DNA of 64,000 bases from Longimicrobiales bacterium (lineage in GTDB: Bacteria; Gemmatimonadota; Gemmatimonadetes; Longimicrobiales; Gaopeijiaceae): positions 480,001-544,000 of the forward strand of contig CBDFMQ010000002.1 in assembly GCA_965249725.1 (NCBI GenBank), written 5' to 3'. Below, one piece after another: positions 27,631 to 38,892 of this stretch. The notes under the pieces are model-generated. The model ran no database searches. It was not told the DNA's origin and saw only the letters and a program-made list of their open reading frames with translations. A program made the translations under genes and the position numbers. Position 1 is the first letter of the stretch. Each line of letters opens with the position of its first letter.

Positions 27631-29088
27631 ATGGCGATGATAATCAAGGAATCTCTCACCTTTGACGACGTGCTTCTCGTGCCGGGTCATTCGACAGTGC
27701 ACCCGAAAGACACGTCAGTCGCCACCCCCCTCACCAACAAGATCCAGCTCCAGATCCCTCTCCTCACGGCGGCAATGGATACCGTGACCGAGTCGAGGAT
27801 GGCCATCGCCATCGCTCGGCAGGGGGGAATGGGCGTCATTCACAAGAACCTGTCGATCGACCGGCAAGCCGAGGAGGTCGATCGGGTCAAGCGGTCTGAG
27901 AGCGGGATGATCCGGGATCCCATCACACTTCCTCCGGACAAAACGCTACGCGACGCCCACGGGCTCATGGCGCGCTTTTCGATATCGGGCGTACCGATCG
28001 TCGAGGAGGGCGGCCGTCTGATCGGGATCGTCACCAATCGCGACCTGCAGTTCGAGACCGATCTGGATCTCACGATTCGTGATGTGATGACCTCCGAGAG
28101 TCTGATCACCGCACCGGTGGGCACCACCCTGGAAGACGCGGAGAAGATCCTCCACCAACACCGGATCGAGAAGCTCCCCGTGGTCGATGATGAAGGCATT
28201 CTCCAGGGGCTGATCACGGTGAAGGACATCTTCAAACGCCGCCTCTTTCCGAACTCCTGCAAGGACGAACACGGGCGACTACGTGTGGGGGCTGCGATCG
28301 GCGCATCGAATGTCGATCTGGACCGTGCCGAAGCGCTGTTGGCAGCCGGCGTCGACGTACTCGTGCTCGACACCGCTCACGGCCATTCGGAGGGCGTGCT
28401 CCAAGCCGTTGCGCGCACCCGCGAGAAGTTCCCGGATGCACAGATCGTAGCTGGGAACATTGGAACGACCGAAGGCGCCGCTGCTCTGTTGGAGCGGGGC
28501 GCGGACGCCATCAAGGTCGGAGTCGGACCGGGTTCGATCTGCACGACGCGGATCGTGACCGGCGTGGGTCTACCACAGCTGACCGCCATCATGGACGCGG
28601 TCGAGGGAGTGCAGGGGAAGGTCCCGGTCATCGCCGACGGCGGCATCCGCTACTCCGGTGACATGGTCAAGGCGCTGGCCGCAGGAGCCCAGTCGGTGAT
28701 GATGGGGTCCATGTTCGCCGGCACGGAGGAGTCCCCAGGCGAGAGCTTCCTCATGGAGGGCCGTCGCTTCAAGACGGTGCGAGGCATGGGTTCGCTCTCC
28801 GCGATGCAGGAGGGCTCGGCCGACCGATACTTCCAGGATCCCGGGACCGAGAAGCGTAAGCTGGTGCCGGAGGGCATCGAGGCCCGGGTGCCCTACAAGG
28901 GTCCCATGGCCGACTCGGTATTCCAGTTGGTGGGAGGACTCCAAAGCGGCATGGGCTATTGCGGCGCGGCCGACCTGACAGAGCTCTGGGACAAGGCCAC
29001 CTTCGTGCGCGTGACCCCCGGCGGCCTACGAGAGTCGCATCCCCACGACGTTACCATCACTCGGGAAGCGCCGAACTATCACATGTAG
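27631..29088 (+). CDS. guaB: IMP dehydrogenase (with CBS domains)
   Basis: [34 protein letters not shown] and RGMGS; start could be 27610 or 27637. Confidence 0.97.
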   Translation: MAMIIKESLTFDDVLLVPGHSTVHPKDTSVATPLTNKIQLQIPLLTAAMDTVTESRMAIAIARQGGMGVIHKNLSIDRQAEEVDRVKRSESGMIRDPITLPPDKTLRDAHGLMARFSISGVPIVEEGGRLIGIVTNRDLQFETDLDLTIRDVMTSESLITAPVGTTLEDAEKILHQHRIEKLPVVDDEGILQGLITVKDIFKRRLFPNSCKDEHGRLRVGAAIGASNVDLDRAEALLAAGVDVLVLDTAHGHSEGVLQAVARTREKFPDAQIVAGNIGTTEGAAALLERGADAIKVGVGPGSICTTRIVTGVGLPQLTAIMDAVEGVQGKVPVIADGGIRYSGDMVKALAAGAQSVMMGSMFAGTEESPGESFLMEGRRFKTVRGMGSLSAMQEGSADRYFQDPGTEKRKLVPEGIEARVPYKGPMADSVFQLVGGLQSGMGYCGAADLTELWDKATFVRVTPGGLRESHPHDVTITREAPNYHM

Positions 29089-29163
29089 CGTCGGCCGACC
29101 TGCCCCAATGCGAGTTCACGACATACCGGCCAGGCTCCTGAGTGCGGTGGACGGCGTGCTTGC

Positions 29164-30354
29164 ATGATGAGTGGCCGGCCGGCGTTCCGGACCGCACTGG
29201 CGGTGGTCCTCCCGGCGATCTCGGGGGCCTGTAGGGCTAGTGTGCCCGATCCTCCACCGTCGTTCGCGGGGCCTGCGCTGCAGACTCACGGCCCCGCCTT
29301 CGTCGATGTGGGTAGCGGTCCGATTCTCACAGAGCCACCCGAGGTGGTACGAGATGCCATCCTCGGCTCCCCTTGGGCACGCCATCCGACCGTGGCCCAA
29401 CGCATCGCGCGGTGGCTCGAGTACTGGAGGGGGCCTGGAGCGGCCGAGTTTCAGATCTACCTGGCTCGGATGGAGCAGTACCGGGAGGTCGTGGATCGGG
29501 AGATCGAGGCACGGGGGCTCCCGGGTTCACTTCGGTACCTGCCCATCATCGAGAGCGGGTATGCTCCCTCGGCTCGGAGTCCGGCAGCTGCTGTGGGTCT
29601 TTGGCAGTTCATGAGCGGGACGGCCCGAGATGTCGGGCTGACGGTGACCCCGCTACTCGACGAGCGCAGGGATCCGGTGCGATCTACCCCGAAGGCGTTG
29701 GACGTTCTGGCCGAGCACCACGAGCGATTCGGCTCTTGGTTTCTGGCCCTGGCCGCTTACAACGCTGGGCCCAACCGCGTTGCACGCATTCTCAGGCAGC
29801 GCGCGCCTCTCGCGCCTCAGAGCGACAGTCTCTTTCTAGTGCTATACGAGTCACTTCCCGTTGAGACGCGGGACTTCATTCCGAAGCTGCTCGCGGCCTC
29901 GACGCTCGGAGAGTCGCCGGATCGGTATGGTTTCGAGCCCCCGTCCACCGCGCCCCTTCGATTCGAGGAGGTGACGGTGCCTGATGCGACCTCCGTCGAC
30001 GTGATCGCTGACGCGGCCGAGAGCCGCCAAGAGTCCATCGAGACGCTGAACCCCCAGCTCGTACGAGGGTTCACGCCGCCCAATCGGGAGACGATCGTTC
30101 GGGTGCCTGAAGGCCGCGGTGCCGTGTTCGAGAGGAACTACGCGCTGATTCCGGCCGAACAACGGGTCAGTTTCCTGGAGCACCGGGTCCGGAGCGGGGA
30201 AACGTTCAGCCACATCGCCGTAGCCTATGAGGTGAGCCTCAGCCTGTTGCAGGCCGCCAACCCCGGTATCGAGCCACGACGGCTTCAGATAGGGCAATGG
30301 GTGGTGGTTCCGCGAGCCCCCCGGTCGGGAGAACGTGGCCGCAGCGGGTCCTAG
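29164..30354 (+). CDS. Lytic transglycosylase (SLT) with LysM domains, MltD-like lipoprotein
   Basis: IIESG, GLWQFM, LAAYNAG, C-terminal LysM (HRVRSGETFSHIA) and lipobox-like SGAC. Confidence 0.9.
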   Translation: MMSGRPAFRTALAVVLPAISGACRASVPDPPPSFAGPALQTHGPAFVDVGSGPILTEPPEVVRDAILGSPWARHPTVAQRIARWLEYWRGPGAAEFQIYLARMEQYREVVDREIEARGLPGSLRYLPIIESGYAPSARSPAAAVGLWQFMSGTARDVGLTVTPLLDERRDPVRSTPKALDVLAEHHERFGSWFLALAAYNAGPNRVARILRQRAPLAPQSDSLFLVLYESLPVETRDFIPKLLAASTLGESPDRYGFEPPSTAPLRFEEVTVPDATSVDVIADAAESRQESIETLNPQLVRGFTPPNRETIVRVPEGRGAVFERNYALIPAEQRVSFLEHRVRSGETFSHIAVAYEVSLSLLQAANPGIEPRRLQIGQWVVVPRAPRSGERGRSGS

Positions 30355-30375
30355 CTAGGCCTGCGGCCCCCCCGG

Positions 30376-31959
30376 TCAGTTCCCGTTGTCCGCGATGATC
30401 TGCTGGACTTCGGCCAGCCCGCTCTCCGTCCACTGTGGGTCCTCGTCCCCACCGGCAATGCGCGCCCCGAGATAGAACACCATTCGCGCGATGCGAGCGG
30501 CCTTCTCAGAGTCGATGAGGTGGGATTCGTCGGAGGGCTTGTGGTAGTCCTCGTGGTCCCAAGTGGTGAAGAAGATCGCCGGAATATCCTTGTTCACGAA
30601 GTGGAGGTGATCGCTGCGGAAGAAGGCCTGCTCCTCGGGTTTCGGATCTTCGATGACCGTGAAGCCGAGGTCCGGATGCTCTTCCAGAATGCGGTCCGTG
30701 AGAGGGCCGAGATTGGTGTACTGCCGACCGACACCGATCACCGTGTCGGGGTGGTTCCGGCCCACCATGTCGAGGTTGATGTTCATGATGATCCCCTCGA
30801 GGGGCACGGTGGGGTTCTCCGAGAAGTACTTCGACCCCAGGAGTCCCTTCTCCTCACCGCTCACGGCGAGGAAGATCACCGAGCGTGCCGTCGATACGTC
30901 CATGGCCGCAAAGGCCTCGGCCGTCTCCAACAACACGGATGTACCGGACGCGTCGTCGTCGGCGCCGTTGTAGATGGAATCACCTGATTCGTCGGGCAAC
31001 CCGACGCCGACATGGTCGAAATGGGCGCTGTAGACGATGTACTCGTCGCGAAGGACCGGGTCGGTTCCTCGGGACATCGCCACGATGTTGGGGGGGGTGT
31101 GCTCAGAGACCTCGAACGGGGCGGCCACCGTCATGGTGATGCCGTCCAGGGTGATCGCACTTTCAGGTGGGGACTCGCGCAGCGCGGGTAGGTCGAGCCC
31201 GGCAGCAGCGAGGAGTTCGCGCGACCGGTCGGCGGACAGCCCCACGATCGGGAGCGGCGTGGCCAACCCGGCGCCTTGAATGCCGCTCGCGAGATCGAGA
31301 ATGCTGTCCGGAGCGTTGGTGTCGTCGAGGAGCAGCACCAGGGCGGAGGCACCACCCTGTGCGGCCGCCTGGAACGCCCCGAGGAGCGCCTCGCCCGTGC
31401 CCACGACCGGATTCCCGTCGGTCGTAAAGAGCAGCACGTTTCCGCGAGCTACCTGTACGAGCCCTGCCGCTGGCTGTCCGGCCGACCCACCGAAGACCAC
31501 CTGGACTCCCTCGGCCACTTGTTGTCCCGGGATCACGTAGTAGTCCCGTCCGAAACCGAGGTCCTGGGGTCCGGAGGGTCCCTCGTACGCCACTTGCCGG
31601 CGGTCGACGACCATGGCGGTACGCGTGTAGGGGAAGCGCTGGAAGTAGGTGCCGTCGTCCCCGGCCGGCTCCAGGCCCGCGGCCTGCAGCTCGGCTGCCA
31701 GATACTCGGCGGCCACCTCGAGACCAGGGCTCGGCGTGTCGCGCCCGCCCAGCTCGTCGCTGGCCAGGAAGGTGATGTGCTCCTGGATCTGGTCCGGCCT
31801 GATGGTGGCTGCTGCTCGGGTCGTCGCTTGCGAGTAGCTGGCTCCGGATGACACCTCCGGCTGGGCCGGGGGCGCGGCAGGAGCGGCGGGAGCGGCCCCG
31901 CCTCCGGTGCAAGCGCCGGCACCGACGATAACGAGAGGGATCAGGAGTGAGTTTCTCAC
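30376..31959 (-). CDS. M28 family peptidase lipoprotein with PA insert
   Basis: SAHFDHVG, NGADDDASG, GEEKGLLGS, NLDMVG, RSDH and YHKPSD; GTG start and lipobox AGAC. Confidence 0.9.
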   Translation of the reverse strand: MRNSLLIPLVIVGAGACTGGGAAPAAPAAPPAQPEVSSGASYSQATTRAAATIRPDQIQEHITFLASDELGGRDTPSPGLEVAAEYLAAELQAAGLEPAGDDGTYFQRFPYTRTAMVVDRRQVAYEGPSGPQDLGFGRDYYVIPGQQVAEGVQVVFGGSAGQPAAGLVQVARGNVLLFTTDGNPVVGTGEALLGAFQAAAQGGASALVLLLDDTNAPDSILDLASGIQGAGLATPLPIVGLSADRSRELLAAAGLDLPALRESPPESAITLDGITMTVAAPFEVSEHTPPNIVAMSRGTDPVLRDEYIVYSAHFDHVGVGLPDESGDSIYNGADDDASGTSVLLETAEAFAAMDVSTARSVIFLAVSGEEKGLLGSKYFSENPTVPLEGIIMNINLDMVGRNHPDTVIGVGRQYTNLGPLTDRILEEHPDLGFTVIEDPKPEEQAFFRSDHLHFVNKDIPAIFFTTWDHEDYHKPSDESHLIDSEKAARIARMVFYLGARIAGGDEDPQWTESGLAEVQQIIADNGN

Positions 31960-31999
31960 TTGAGCGTCTCCAATGGGTGAATCGAGTTGAGAGAGTTGC

Positions 32000-32512
32000 C
32001 TAGTCGTCGGCGGACCAGCGGCCGGACTTTCCACCATCCTTCAGGAGGAGCCGGATTCCTTCGATTTGCATGCCACGATCAAGGGACTTGGCCATGTCGT
32101 AGACCGTAAGCAGACCGACGCTTACGGCGGTGAGGGCCTCCATTTCCACGCCCGTCTGGCCCGCCACCTTCACTTCGGCCCGCAGGACCACTCCCGGCAG
32201 GTCCCGGTCCATCACCACATCCAAAGTGAAGGAGGCTCCGGGGAGCATGTGGCAGAGCGGAATCAGATCGCCCGTCCGCTTCCCGGCCGATATGGCCGCC
32301 AGTCGAGCGACCTGGACGACATCCCCCTTCTTCAGATTCCCAGCCTCGATAGCCGCAAGCGTCTCGGGCGCCATGCGAATGCGCCCCTCCGCCACCGCCG
32401 TACGGTTGGTGACGCTCTTCTCCGTAACGTCGACCATGTGCGCGCGACCTGCCGCGTCCAGGTGGGTCAAGCCCCCACCACCTGCTGTGTCGTCTCGATC
32501 AGACGCTGCCAT
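32000..32512 (-). CDS. moaC: Cyclic pyranopterin monophosphate synthase MoaC
   Basis: LTHLD...[20 protein letters not shown] and YDMAKS. Confidence 0.96.
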   Translation of the reverse strand: MAASDRDDTAGGGGLTHLDAAGRAHMVDVTEKSVTNRTAVAEGRIRMAPETLAAIEAGNLKKGDVVQVARLAAISAGKRTGDLIPLCHMLPGASFTLDVVMDRDLPGVVLRAEVKVAGQTGVEMEALTAVSVGLLTVYDMAKSLDRGMQIEGIRLLLKDGGKSGRWSADD

Positions 32513-33647
32513 TCAATGCCTCACGAATCCCGGTCAGGAGTCCCGCCACGACCAGTTGGGGGTTCACGTTCCCCGCCGCCAACTCCTTGGCCTCCTCCAG
32601 CCTCAGGAAGGCGTCGGCGATCGCGACAGGGTGGATATCCCGTTCGGTCCTGATCCGTTCCAGAAAGTCTGCCGTGTCGCGACTGATAACGCGGTCCGGA
32701 GCTCCCGCGGCCGTGGCGGACAAGTCCCTCAACGCGTCCTCCAACAGATCCAGGAGCGCGATCAGGCCGCGGCCACGCACCGACTGGAATTCGAGGGACT
32801 GGCGGTAGATCGAACCGGCGTCAGCGGCGGATGCCACCTTCAGAAGACGGAAGGCCTGCTGCCGCAGGTCCTCCAAGGGTCCGGCTTCGTCGCCGTCGGG
32901 CAGGAAACCCAGGGCGCGGCCGATGGAACCCCGGCCCAGATGGGCAGCCCTCTCCGCGCTCTTGCGGTCGGCTCCGGCCGTCTCGACGAGGAACTCTGCC
33001 ACGGATTCGTCCGGGAGCCCCGGCAGATGCAGCGGCATGGTCCGGGAGCGGATGGTGGCCAGAAGCCGCCCGGGCTCGCTGGAGGTGAGGATCAGTGATG
33101 TGTCCGGTGGGGGCTCCTCGAGCAACTTCAGTAAAGCGTTGGCCGCCGCCTGGCTGGACTCCTGCGGCACCAGGGTCTCCGCGTCACCGATAACGAAGAC
33201 CTGCCGATCGCCCATCGCCGGTCGCTTGCGCGCCTGTGAGCGAAGGTGCTGTGCCACCGCCAGATACAGTCCCGTGGGCTCAGCAGAGCGTAGGGCCGGT
33301 CTCAGCGTGTGCTCCCGGCGATCTGCCAGGGCTTCGTGCCTCGCCTCCTCTAAGGCCTCGGCGAGCTTGTCGGGACGCACACGGGGCGGCTTCGGGAGAG
33401 GGAAGTACCAGTGCAGGTCGGGATGCTCCAGAGACAACGACATGCGACAGGCTTTGCATTCGGAGCAGGGTCCGTCCCGGGTCTGTACCTCACACAGGAG
33501 GAGTTGGCCCAACCACAATGCGAGTCGTTGCTTCCCGACCCCCCGAGGTCCATGGATCAACATGCTGACGGGAAGAGAACCGCGTTCCCACGCCAGGGAG
33601 AGCGAGGAACGGACTGCGTCGTGCCCTACGAATGGGTGAAGGCTCAC
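32499..33647 (-). CDS. holB: DNA polymerase III subunit delta'
   Basis: GPRGVGK, zinc module [24 protein letters not shown] and TIRSR; GTG start overlaps the envC stop. Confidence 0.9.
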   Translation of the reverse strand: MSLHPFVGHDAVRSSLSLAWERGSLPVSMLIHGPRGVGKQRLALWLGQLLLCEVQTRDGPCSECKACRMSLSLEHPDLHWYFPLPKPPRVRPDKLAEALEEARHEALADRREHTLRPALRSAEPTGLYLAVAQHLRSQARKRPAMGDRQVFVIGDAETLVPQESSQAAANALLKLLEEPPPDTSLILTSSEPGRLLATIRSRTMPLHLPGLPDESVAEFLVETAGADRKSAERAAHLGRGSIGRALGFLPDGDEAGPLEDLRQQAFRLLKVASAADAGSIYRQSLEFQSVRGRGLIALLDLLEDALRDLSATAAGAPDRVISRDTADFLERIRTERDIHPVAIADAFLRLEEAKELAAGNVNPQLVVAGLLTGIREALNGSV

Positions 33648-34846
33648 CTGCCCTGGGGTCGGAGCCACTGGAGCGGATCGCGGGCTTGTGGGGACCCTCC
33701 GTCTACGGGTGCTCTGACCTGGAACTCGATGTGTGGACCTTCTGGCGTGTCGGAACCACCCACCGTCCCGACGACCTGTCCTGCCTGCACCTGTCGTCCC
33801 TGGATGACTCCGACTTCCTCGAGGTAGAGATAGAGCGTGTAGAACCCCTCCCCGTGACTGAGTACCACGGTGGGCCCGTAACCCTCGAAGGGGCCCGCCA
33901 GGACTACGGTGCCGGGCGAACCGGTGGAGGCCCGGATACCGATGCCGTTCCATCGGAGGACGATCCCGTCGGGCCTCTGTTCCCGACCGAAGCGGTAGAT
34001 CAGATCGCCGTTCACCGGCCAATCGAGCGAGCCCACGTCCTCGGAAGACATGGTCCCAAGATCGCCGCTGGCCAGTCGGCGTTCCGCTTCGAGCCGTCGC
34101 CCTTCCAGGTCGGTGACCAGCCGTGTCAGGCGGGTCTCGTCACTCCCGAGTTCTTGAAGGCGGCTGTCGGCTCGCCGCTCCTCGGCCCTGTAGTTCTCCA
34201 ACGCTCGCCTGCGCTGTTCCTCGACCGATCGGAGTGAGGCCACCTCGCCCTGCTTGGCCTGCCGAAGGCGACCGAGGTCGGACATGTGGTTCTCCAGATC
34301 GACGTTCTGGACCACCAGGTCGGCCTCGAGGTCGCCGACCCTCTCCAACAACGTCCGATCGTAGGACGCGATGAGCCGCAGATAGCGATAGCGCGTGAGC
34401 AGGTCCGGGAACGATGCGGCCCCGAGCATGACCTTGACGGCATGAAGCGGGCCCCGCTTGTAGATGTCGCGGAGGCGGCGGTTGAGCACGGCGGCTCCGT
34501 TCCGCAGCCGTTCGCGGGTGACCACCAGATTGCGCGACGACCCCTCGATCTCACCTGCTACCGCGTCCACCTGAAAATCGACTTCGCCCAGCGCCGACCG
34601 GGAAGCGCTGATCTGGCGCTCGATGTTGGCGAGTTCACCCGACACGTCGCGGACGCGACCCTCAAGGTTGCTCATCTCTCTCCGGAGCTGTTCCCGTTCC
34701 GCGCGCACCTCTTCAAGGCGGCGTTGACTCTCGAGAATCTCCCTACGGATGTCGTCGGCCTGACCGGTGAGACACGACGGTCCGATAAGAGCAGCTCCAA
34801 GAACGAACGCGGAGATTCTCAGGGTCCGATGCCCGCACACGATCAC
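33644..34846 (-). CDS. envC: Murein hydrolase activator EnvC (coiled coil plus degenerate M23 domain)
   Basis: Directly downstream of ftsEX; long coiled coil; LytM domain lacks zinc ligands (WNGIG, HIE). Confidence 0.85.
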   Translation of the reverse strand: MIVCGHRTLRISAFVLGAALIGPSCLTGQADDIRREILESQRRLEEVRAEREQLRREMSNLEGRVRDVSGELANIERQISASRSALGEVDFQVDAVAGEIEGSSRNLVVTRERLRNGAAVLNRRLRDIYKRGPLHAVKVMLGAASFPDLLTRYRYLRLIASYDRTLLERVGDLEADLVVQNVDLENHMSDLGRLRQAKQGEVASLRSVEEQRRRALENYRAEERRADSRLQELGSDETRLTRLVTDLEGRRLEAERRLASGDLGTMSSEDVGSLDWPVNGDLIYRFGREQRPDGIVLRWNGIGIRASTGSPGTVVLAGPFEGYGPTVVLSHGEGFYTLYLYLEEVGVIQGRQVQAGQVVGTVGGSDTPEGPHIEFQVRAPVDGGSPQARDPLQWLRPQGR

Positions 34847-35700
34847 ACCTCCCTGAGGTGCGTTCGCACGGCGAAGCCACTGGAGATGACCCCGAACACG
34901 ATTCCGGCCAAGATGCCGGCGCCGGTCCACTCCAAGGGGATCCACTCGATCGAGAAGAGATAGTGGAAGATCGCCCTGAAGGTCGCATACGTGAGTCCGA
35001 CCGCCAGCACTCCGCCCAAGGCGCCGGTGATCCCGCCCTCGACCAGGAAGGGGCGTCGAATGAACCCGTTCCGCGCGCCGACGAGCTGCATCACCTGGAT
35101 CTCTTCACGCCTGGCGAAGATCGCAATCCGGACGGCCGTCCCGATGATGAGGGCGGCGACAACGGCGAACGCTATGCCCAGCACCGTGGCGGTGACCCCT
35201 CCCATTCGTCGGAGCGTGAACAGCTTGTCCACCCACTCCTGTCCGTACTGTACCTCCTCTACGAACGGATAAAGCCGGGCCTGTTGAGCCAGCCGGTCTA
35301 CGGTGGCCGGAGTACGGCTGCCGGGCTGCAATTCGATCTCGAGCGAAGCGGGGAGGGGGTTCACCTCGAGGTCGGTCATCACTTCCCGGAACTCGGGAAG
35401 CTCACGGCGCGCCTTCGCAAGCGCCTCGTCCTTGGTGACGAACTCCACCGCCAGGACCTCGGGCAGGGCCGAGATGGCGCTCTCCATGTTGGCGATCTCG
35501 TCCGTGCTCGCGTCGTCTCGGAGATACGCCACGATCTCAACCCGCTCCTCGAGCGTGTCGAGGGCGAGCTTCAGATTGTGGGCCGCTAGTGCGAACAGCC
35601 CCACTACGAAGAGTGCCAGACCCACCATCGCGGCCGATAGACCGGTCAGTAGGGGGGCCCTGCGAAAGGCGGAGATCGTCTCGCGTACGGTATAGAACAC
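34843..35700 (-). CDS. ftsX: Cell division permease FtsX
   Basis: NPLPASLEI, RREEIQVMQLVGA and FIRRPFLVEG. Confidence 0.94.
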   Translation of the reverse strand: MFYTVRETISAFRRAPLLTGLSAAMVGLALFVVGLFALAAHNLKLALDTLEERVEIVAYLRDDASTDEIANMESAISALPEVLAVEFVTKDEALAKARRELPEFREVMTDLEVNPLPASLEIELQPGSRTPATVDRLAQQARLYPFVEEVQYGQEWVDKLFTLRRMGGVTATVLGIAFAVVAALIIGTAVRIAIFARREEIQVMQLVGARNGFIRRPFLVEGGITGALGGVLAVGLTYATFRAIFHYLFSIEWIPLEWTGAGILAGIVFGVISSGFAVRTHLREV

Positions 35701-35701
35701 G

Positions 35702-36397
35702 TCAGTCCGCGCTCACTTCCGCCATCTGCTGATCGTGCGAGTCGTAGACCAGCCGTCCTTGGTCCAGTTCGAACACGCGCGCCGACCCATACCGGCGGAC
35801 CAGGTCCAGGTCGTGTGTGGCCATGAGGACGGCCATTCCCATGGCATTGATCTCCCAGAACAATTCCATGATCCCGCGCGTGGCGCGATCGTCGAGGTTG
35901 CCTGTAGGCTCGTCCGCCAGCAGGAGGAGCGGCTCACTCGCAAGCGCCCGGGCGATCGCCACCCTCTGCTGCTCTCCGCCGGAGAGTTCATGGACGGCCG
36001 CCCCGGCCTTCGGGGCCAACCCGACCTGAGAGAGCAGGCGCTGGGCCCGAGGGCGGACCTGCTTGGCGGCGCTACCGGTGACCTCGAGCGCGAAAGCGAC
36101 GTTCTCGAACGCCGTACGGCCGGGCAGGAGTCGAAACTCCTGGAAGACGTACCCAACCCGTCGCCGGAGCTTCCAAAGGTCCCGCTGGGACGTGCGCTCC
36201 GACGAGAAGCCGCTTACTCGGACCTCACCGTGGCTAGGCTTCTCGGCCATATGGACGAGCCGCATCGTGGTGGATTTTCCCGAGCCGGAATGGCCGGTAA
36301 GGAAAGCGAACTGAGCCTTGGGCAGATGGAAGGAAACATCCTTGAGGGCCGGCTCAGCCCGAGCATACTCTTTCGTGACGTGAATGAACTTGATCAC
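35702..36397 (-). CDS. ftsE: Cell division ATP-binding protein FtsE
   Basis: GHSGSGKST, LSGGEQQRVAIARA and ADEPTGNLD; adjacent to ftsX; start could be 36433. Confidence 0.93.
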   Translation of the reverse strand: MIKFIHVTKEYARAEPALKDVSFHLPKAQFAFLTGHSGSGKSTTMRLVHMAEKPSHGEVRVSGFSSERTSQRDLWKLRRRVGYVFQEFRLLPGRTAFENVAFALEVTGSAAKQVRPRAQRLLSQVGLAPKAGAAVHELSGGEQQRVAIARALASEPLLLLADEPTGNLDDRATRGIMELFWEINAMGMAVLMATHDLDLVRRYGSARVFELDQGRLVYDSHDQQMAEVSAD

Positions 36398-36469
36398 GCG
36401 GTTGTCGCGACCCCGTAAGTTGGTATTGCCCATGCACTTCCGGGAGCAACGAGTGCCCGGAAAGAAAAG

Positions 36470-37411
36470 CTAAGCTTGGGTGGCCAGCGTGTCAAAACGG
36501 TTCTGTGCGATCAGCGAGGCCAGGCCGATCGCCTCTTCCATTGAAGTTGCGTCCGCAATGCCGGTTCCCACCAGGTCAAAAGCCGTACCGTGGTCCGGGG
36601 AGGTGCGGACGAACGGGAGTCCCAGAGTGACATTGACACCCCGGCCGAAGGTGGCGGTCTTGAACGCGGCCATCCCGACGTCGTGATACGGCGCCACGAC
36701 GGCGTCGAACTCTCCCCGACGCGCGCGGCCGAAGATCGTGTCTGCAGGAAACGGGCCCTGCGCGTCTATCCCGGCTTGCCTGAGTTCCTCGACGGCGGGG
36801 GCGAAGACCTTGGCCTCCTCGTTTCCGAAGAGCCCCTTGTCCGAGGCATGTGGGTTGAGGGCACACAGCCCGATTCGAGGCGTGGGAATGCCCCAGTCGT
36901 CCTCGAGTGCGCGGCCGAGCAGAGCGGTCTGGCTCACGAGGAGCTGCTGGCTCACGAGATCGGGCACGCTTCTCAGCGCCACATGGGTGGTGGCCAGGAG
37001 CACACGCAGCGGGCCCGCATCCTCGGTCTCCTCCGCGGCCATGAGCATCCCGACCTCGGGAGCACCGGTGAGCCGCTGCAGCATCTCGGTGTGTCCGGGA
37101 TCGGAATAGCCGGCCGCACGGAAAGCCGGCTTGTGAATGGGACCGGTCACAATGCCCGACACGGAGCCCTCCTGGGCGAACGTGACCGCCCGTGCGATAG
37201 CGAGCGCGGATACATGGCCGGCCGAGGCCTCGGAGCCGTCGAAGGGACCCACGGACTCGTACGGGGCGCCTCCGGGATCGTATCCGTCAGGGCCGACCAG
37301 GACGACGGACAGGGAAGTCCGGGCCTGGAGACCGAGGATAGCCTTCCCGACGATCTCGGGGCCTATGCCCCGGGGGTCACCGAGCGTGACTGCAAGACGG
37401 TTCGGAGACAT
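36470..37411 (-). CDS. pdxA: 4-hydroxythreonine-4-phosphate dehydrogenase
   Basis: GDPRGIGPE, PGHTE, LNPHA, YHD and RTSPDHGTAFD. Confidence 0.94.
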   Translation of the reverse strand: MSPNRLAVTLGDPRGIGPEIVGKAILGLQARTSLSVVLVGPDGYDPGGAPYESVGPFDGSEASAGHVSALAIARAVTFAQEGSVSGIVTGPIHKPAFRAAGYSDPGHTEMLQRLTGAPEVGMLMAAEETEDAGPLRVLLATTHVALRSVPDLVSQQLLVSQTALLGRALEDDWGIPTPRIGLCALNPHASDKGLFGNEEAKVFAPAVEELRQAGIDAQGPFPADTIFGRARRGEFDAVVAPYHDVGMAAFKTATFGRGVNVTLGLPFVRTSPDHGTAFDLVGTGIADATSMEEAIGLASLIAQNRFDTLATQA

Positions 37412-37426
37412 GGCTCCTACGGCGCG

Positions 37427-38800
37427 TCAGCGCGCTCCGGCCAGTCGAATATCGACGTATACCCGTTCCCTGAGGCCTTCGACCACGCTCTGAGTGAGAC
37501 GCGTCGACTTCAAGCGCGTTTCGATCTGTTCCCGAACGTCCTCGAACTCGATGTCGCCTCCGCCCTTGACGTTCGTCACCTCGACGATCCCAAGCGTATT
37601 CTCCCCCCCAGAGTCGAAGCGCAGGGGCCCCAAGACATCCCCCACTTCGGCGTTTTGAAGGGCGCTGGCGTAGGCGGTCGAGATCTGATTGATCTCAGCG
37701 ACGGTCAGATCGAGGGTATCGACAGACTCCTCCAACTGTGACGCCAACTCGCCCAGATCCTCACCGTCGCGTATCCGATTCCTGATGTCGACGGCTCGTT
37801 CCAGATTGACATCGATATCCGCTTCGGTGATCTCGGGCTGGAAGAGAATATGCCGAACCCGCCGCTCTCCACCTCGCACCCGTTCGACCAGAATCAGGTG
37901 GTACCCGAAGTCAGTCTCGGTCGGCACGCTCACCATTCCGGGTGCCAGCATGAACGCGACCTCCTCGAACTCCTCTACGAAGGTCCCGTCCCGTCGAACC
38001 CAGCCGAGTTCGCCTCCGTCATCGGCCGAGGGACCGTCCGAGAACTGTCTAGCCAATTCGGTGAAATCGTCCTGCTCGCCGTCGCGTAGGAGCTGAAGAA
38101 CGCTATCGGCCTCAGCGAGCGCTGCGGCCTTTGCGGCCTCGGTCGGTGTGGGAGCCAACTGCAGGTTAATGAAACTGATCGTAGGCGGAAGCTGGGGCAG
38201 CTGCTCCGCGTTCTCTTCGAAGAAGGTCCGGAGCTCCTCTTCGGGAATGAAGATGTCTCGCACGTCGCGACCCTTCTTCGCCATGTACCGCTCCTGGAGG
38301 AGCTGGCGTTTGATGGCGCTTCTACGCTGGTCGCGAAAGACCGACATCGTCATGCTCTGCTTGGCCAGGGCCTCCTGCAGCCGCGAGAGCGTGCCGAATT
38401 GACGAATCTGGCCATCGATCTCCAGCTGGAGTCGCTCCTCCAGCTCCTCCTCACCGACCGCGAGGGTGCTGTCCCTCCCGGCATCCTGGATCACGAGTTG
38501 TTCATTGACCAGGAGGTCGAGGACGTCGGCCTTGAAGGACATCAACTCGGCCGTGGTCTCGGGGCGGGTCCAGCCCTGCGCCTCCATCCGCAGCAGGTAG
38601 GTGTCGATCTCCGTCATCAGGATCACGGAGTCACCGACCACTGCGGCGACCTGCTCGACCACATCAGTGAGACCCGGGGGATTCTGAGCAGAGGCCGGCT
38701 CAGCGCCGCCCACTAGGACCACTACCGTCAGCGCCGAGACCGTGAGGCCCCGACCCCTGATTCGGGTCGCGAATGCTGGTTTCTCTGAACGGTTTCTCAT
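37427..38800 (-). CDS. surA: SurA-like periplasmic chaperone / parvulin PPIase
   Basis: VAAVVGDSVI SurA N-terminus; FTELARQFS..SADDGGELG and FGYHLI; upstream of pdxA. Confidence 0.8.
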   Translation of the reverse strand: MRNRSEKPAFATRIRGRGLTVSALTVVVLVGGAEPASAQNPPGLTDVVEQVAAVVGDSVILMTEIDTYLLRMEAQGWTRPETTAELMSFKADVLDLLVNEQLVIQDAGRDSTLAVGEEELEERLQLEIDGQIRQFGTLSRLQEALAKQSMTMSVFRDQRRSAIKRQLLQERYMAKKGRDVRDIFIPEEELRTFFEENAEQLPQLPPTISFINLQLAPTPTEAAKAAALAEADSVLQLLRDGEQDDFTELARQFSDGPSADDGGELGWVRRDGTFVEEFEEVAFMLAPGMVSVPTETDFGYHLILVERVRGGERRVRHILFQPEITEADIDVNLERAVDIRNRIRDGEDLGELASQLEESVDTLDLTVAEINQISTAYASALQNAEVGDVLGPLRFDSGGENTLGIVEVTNVKGGGDIEFEDVREQIETRLKSTRLTQSVVEGLRERVYVDIRLAGAR

Positions 38801-38892
38801 CCGTTCTCTAAACTCCCGGAAAAGTCAGGTTCCGAAGGCGCCGGTTCAGGCTCTCGGCAAGTCACGCTCTGAACATGCCAATTGAGTGTCCG

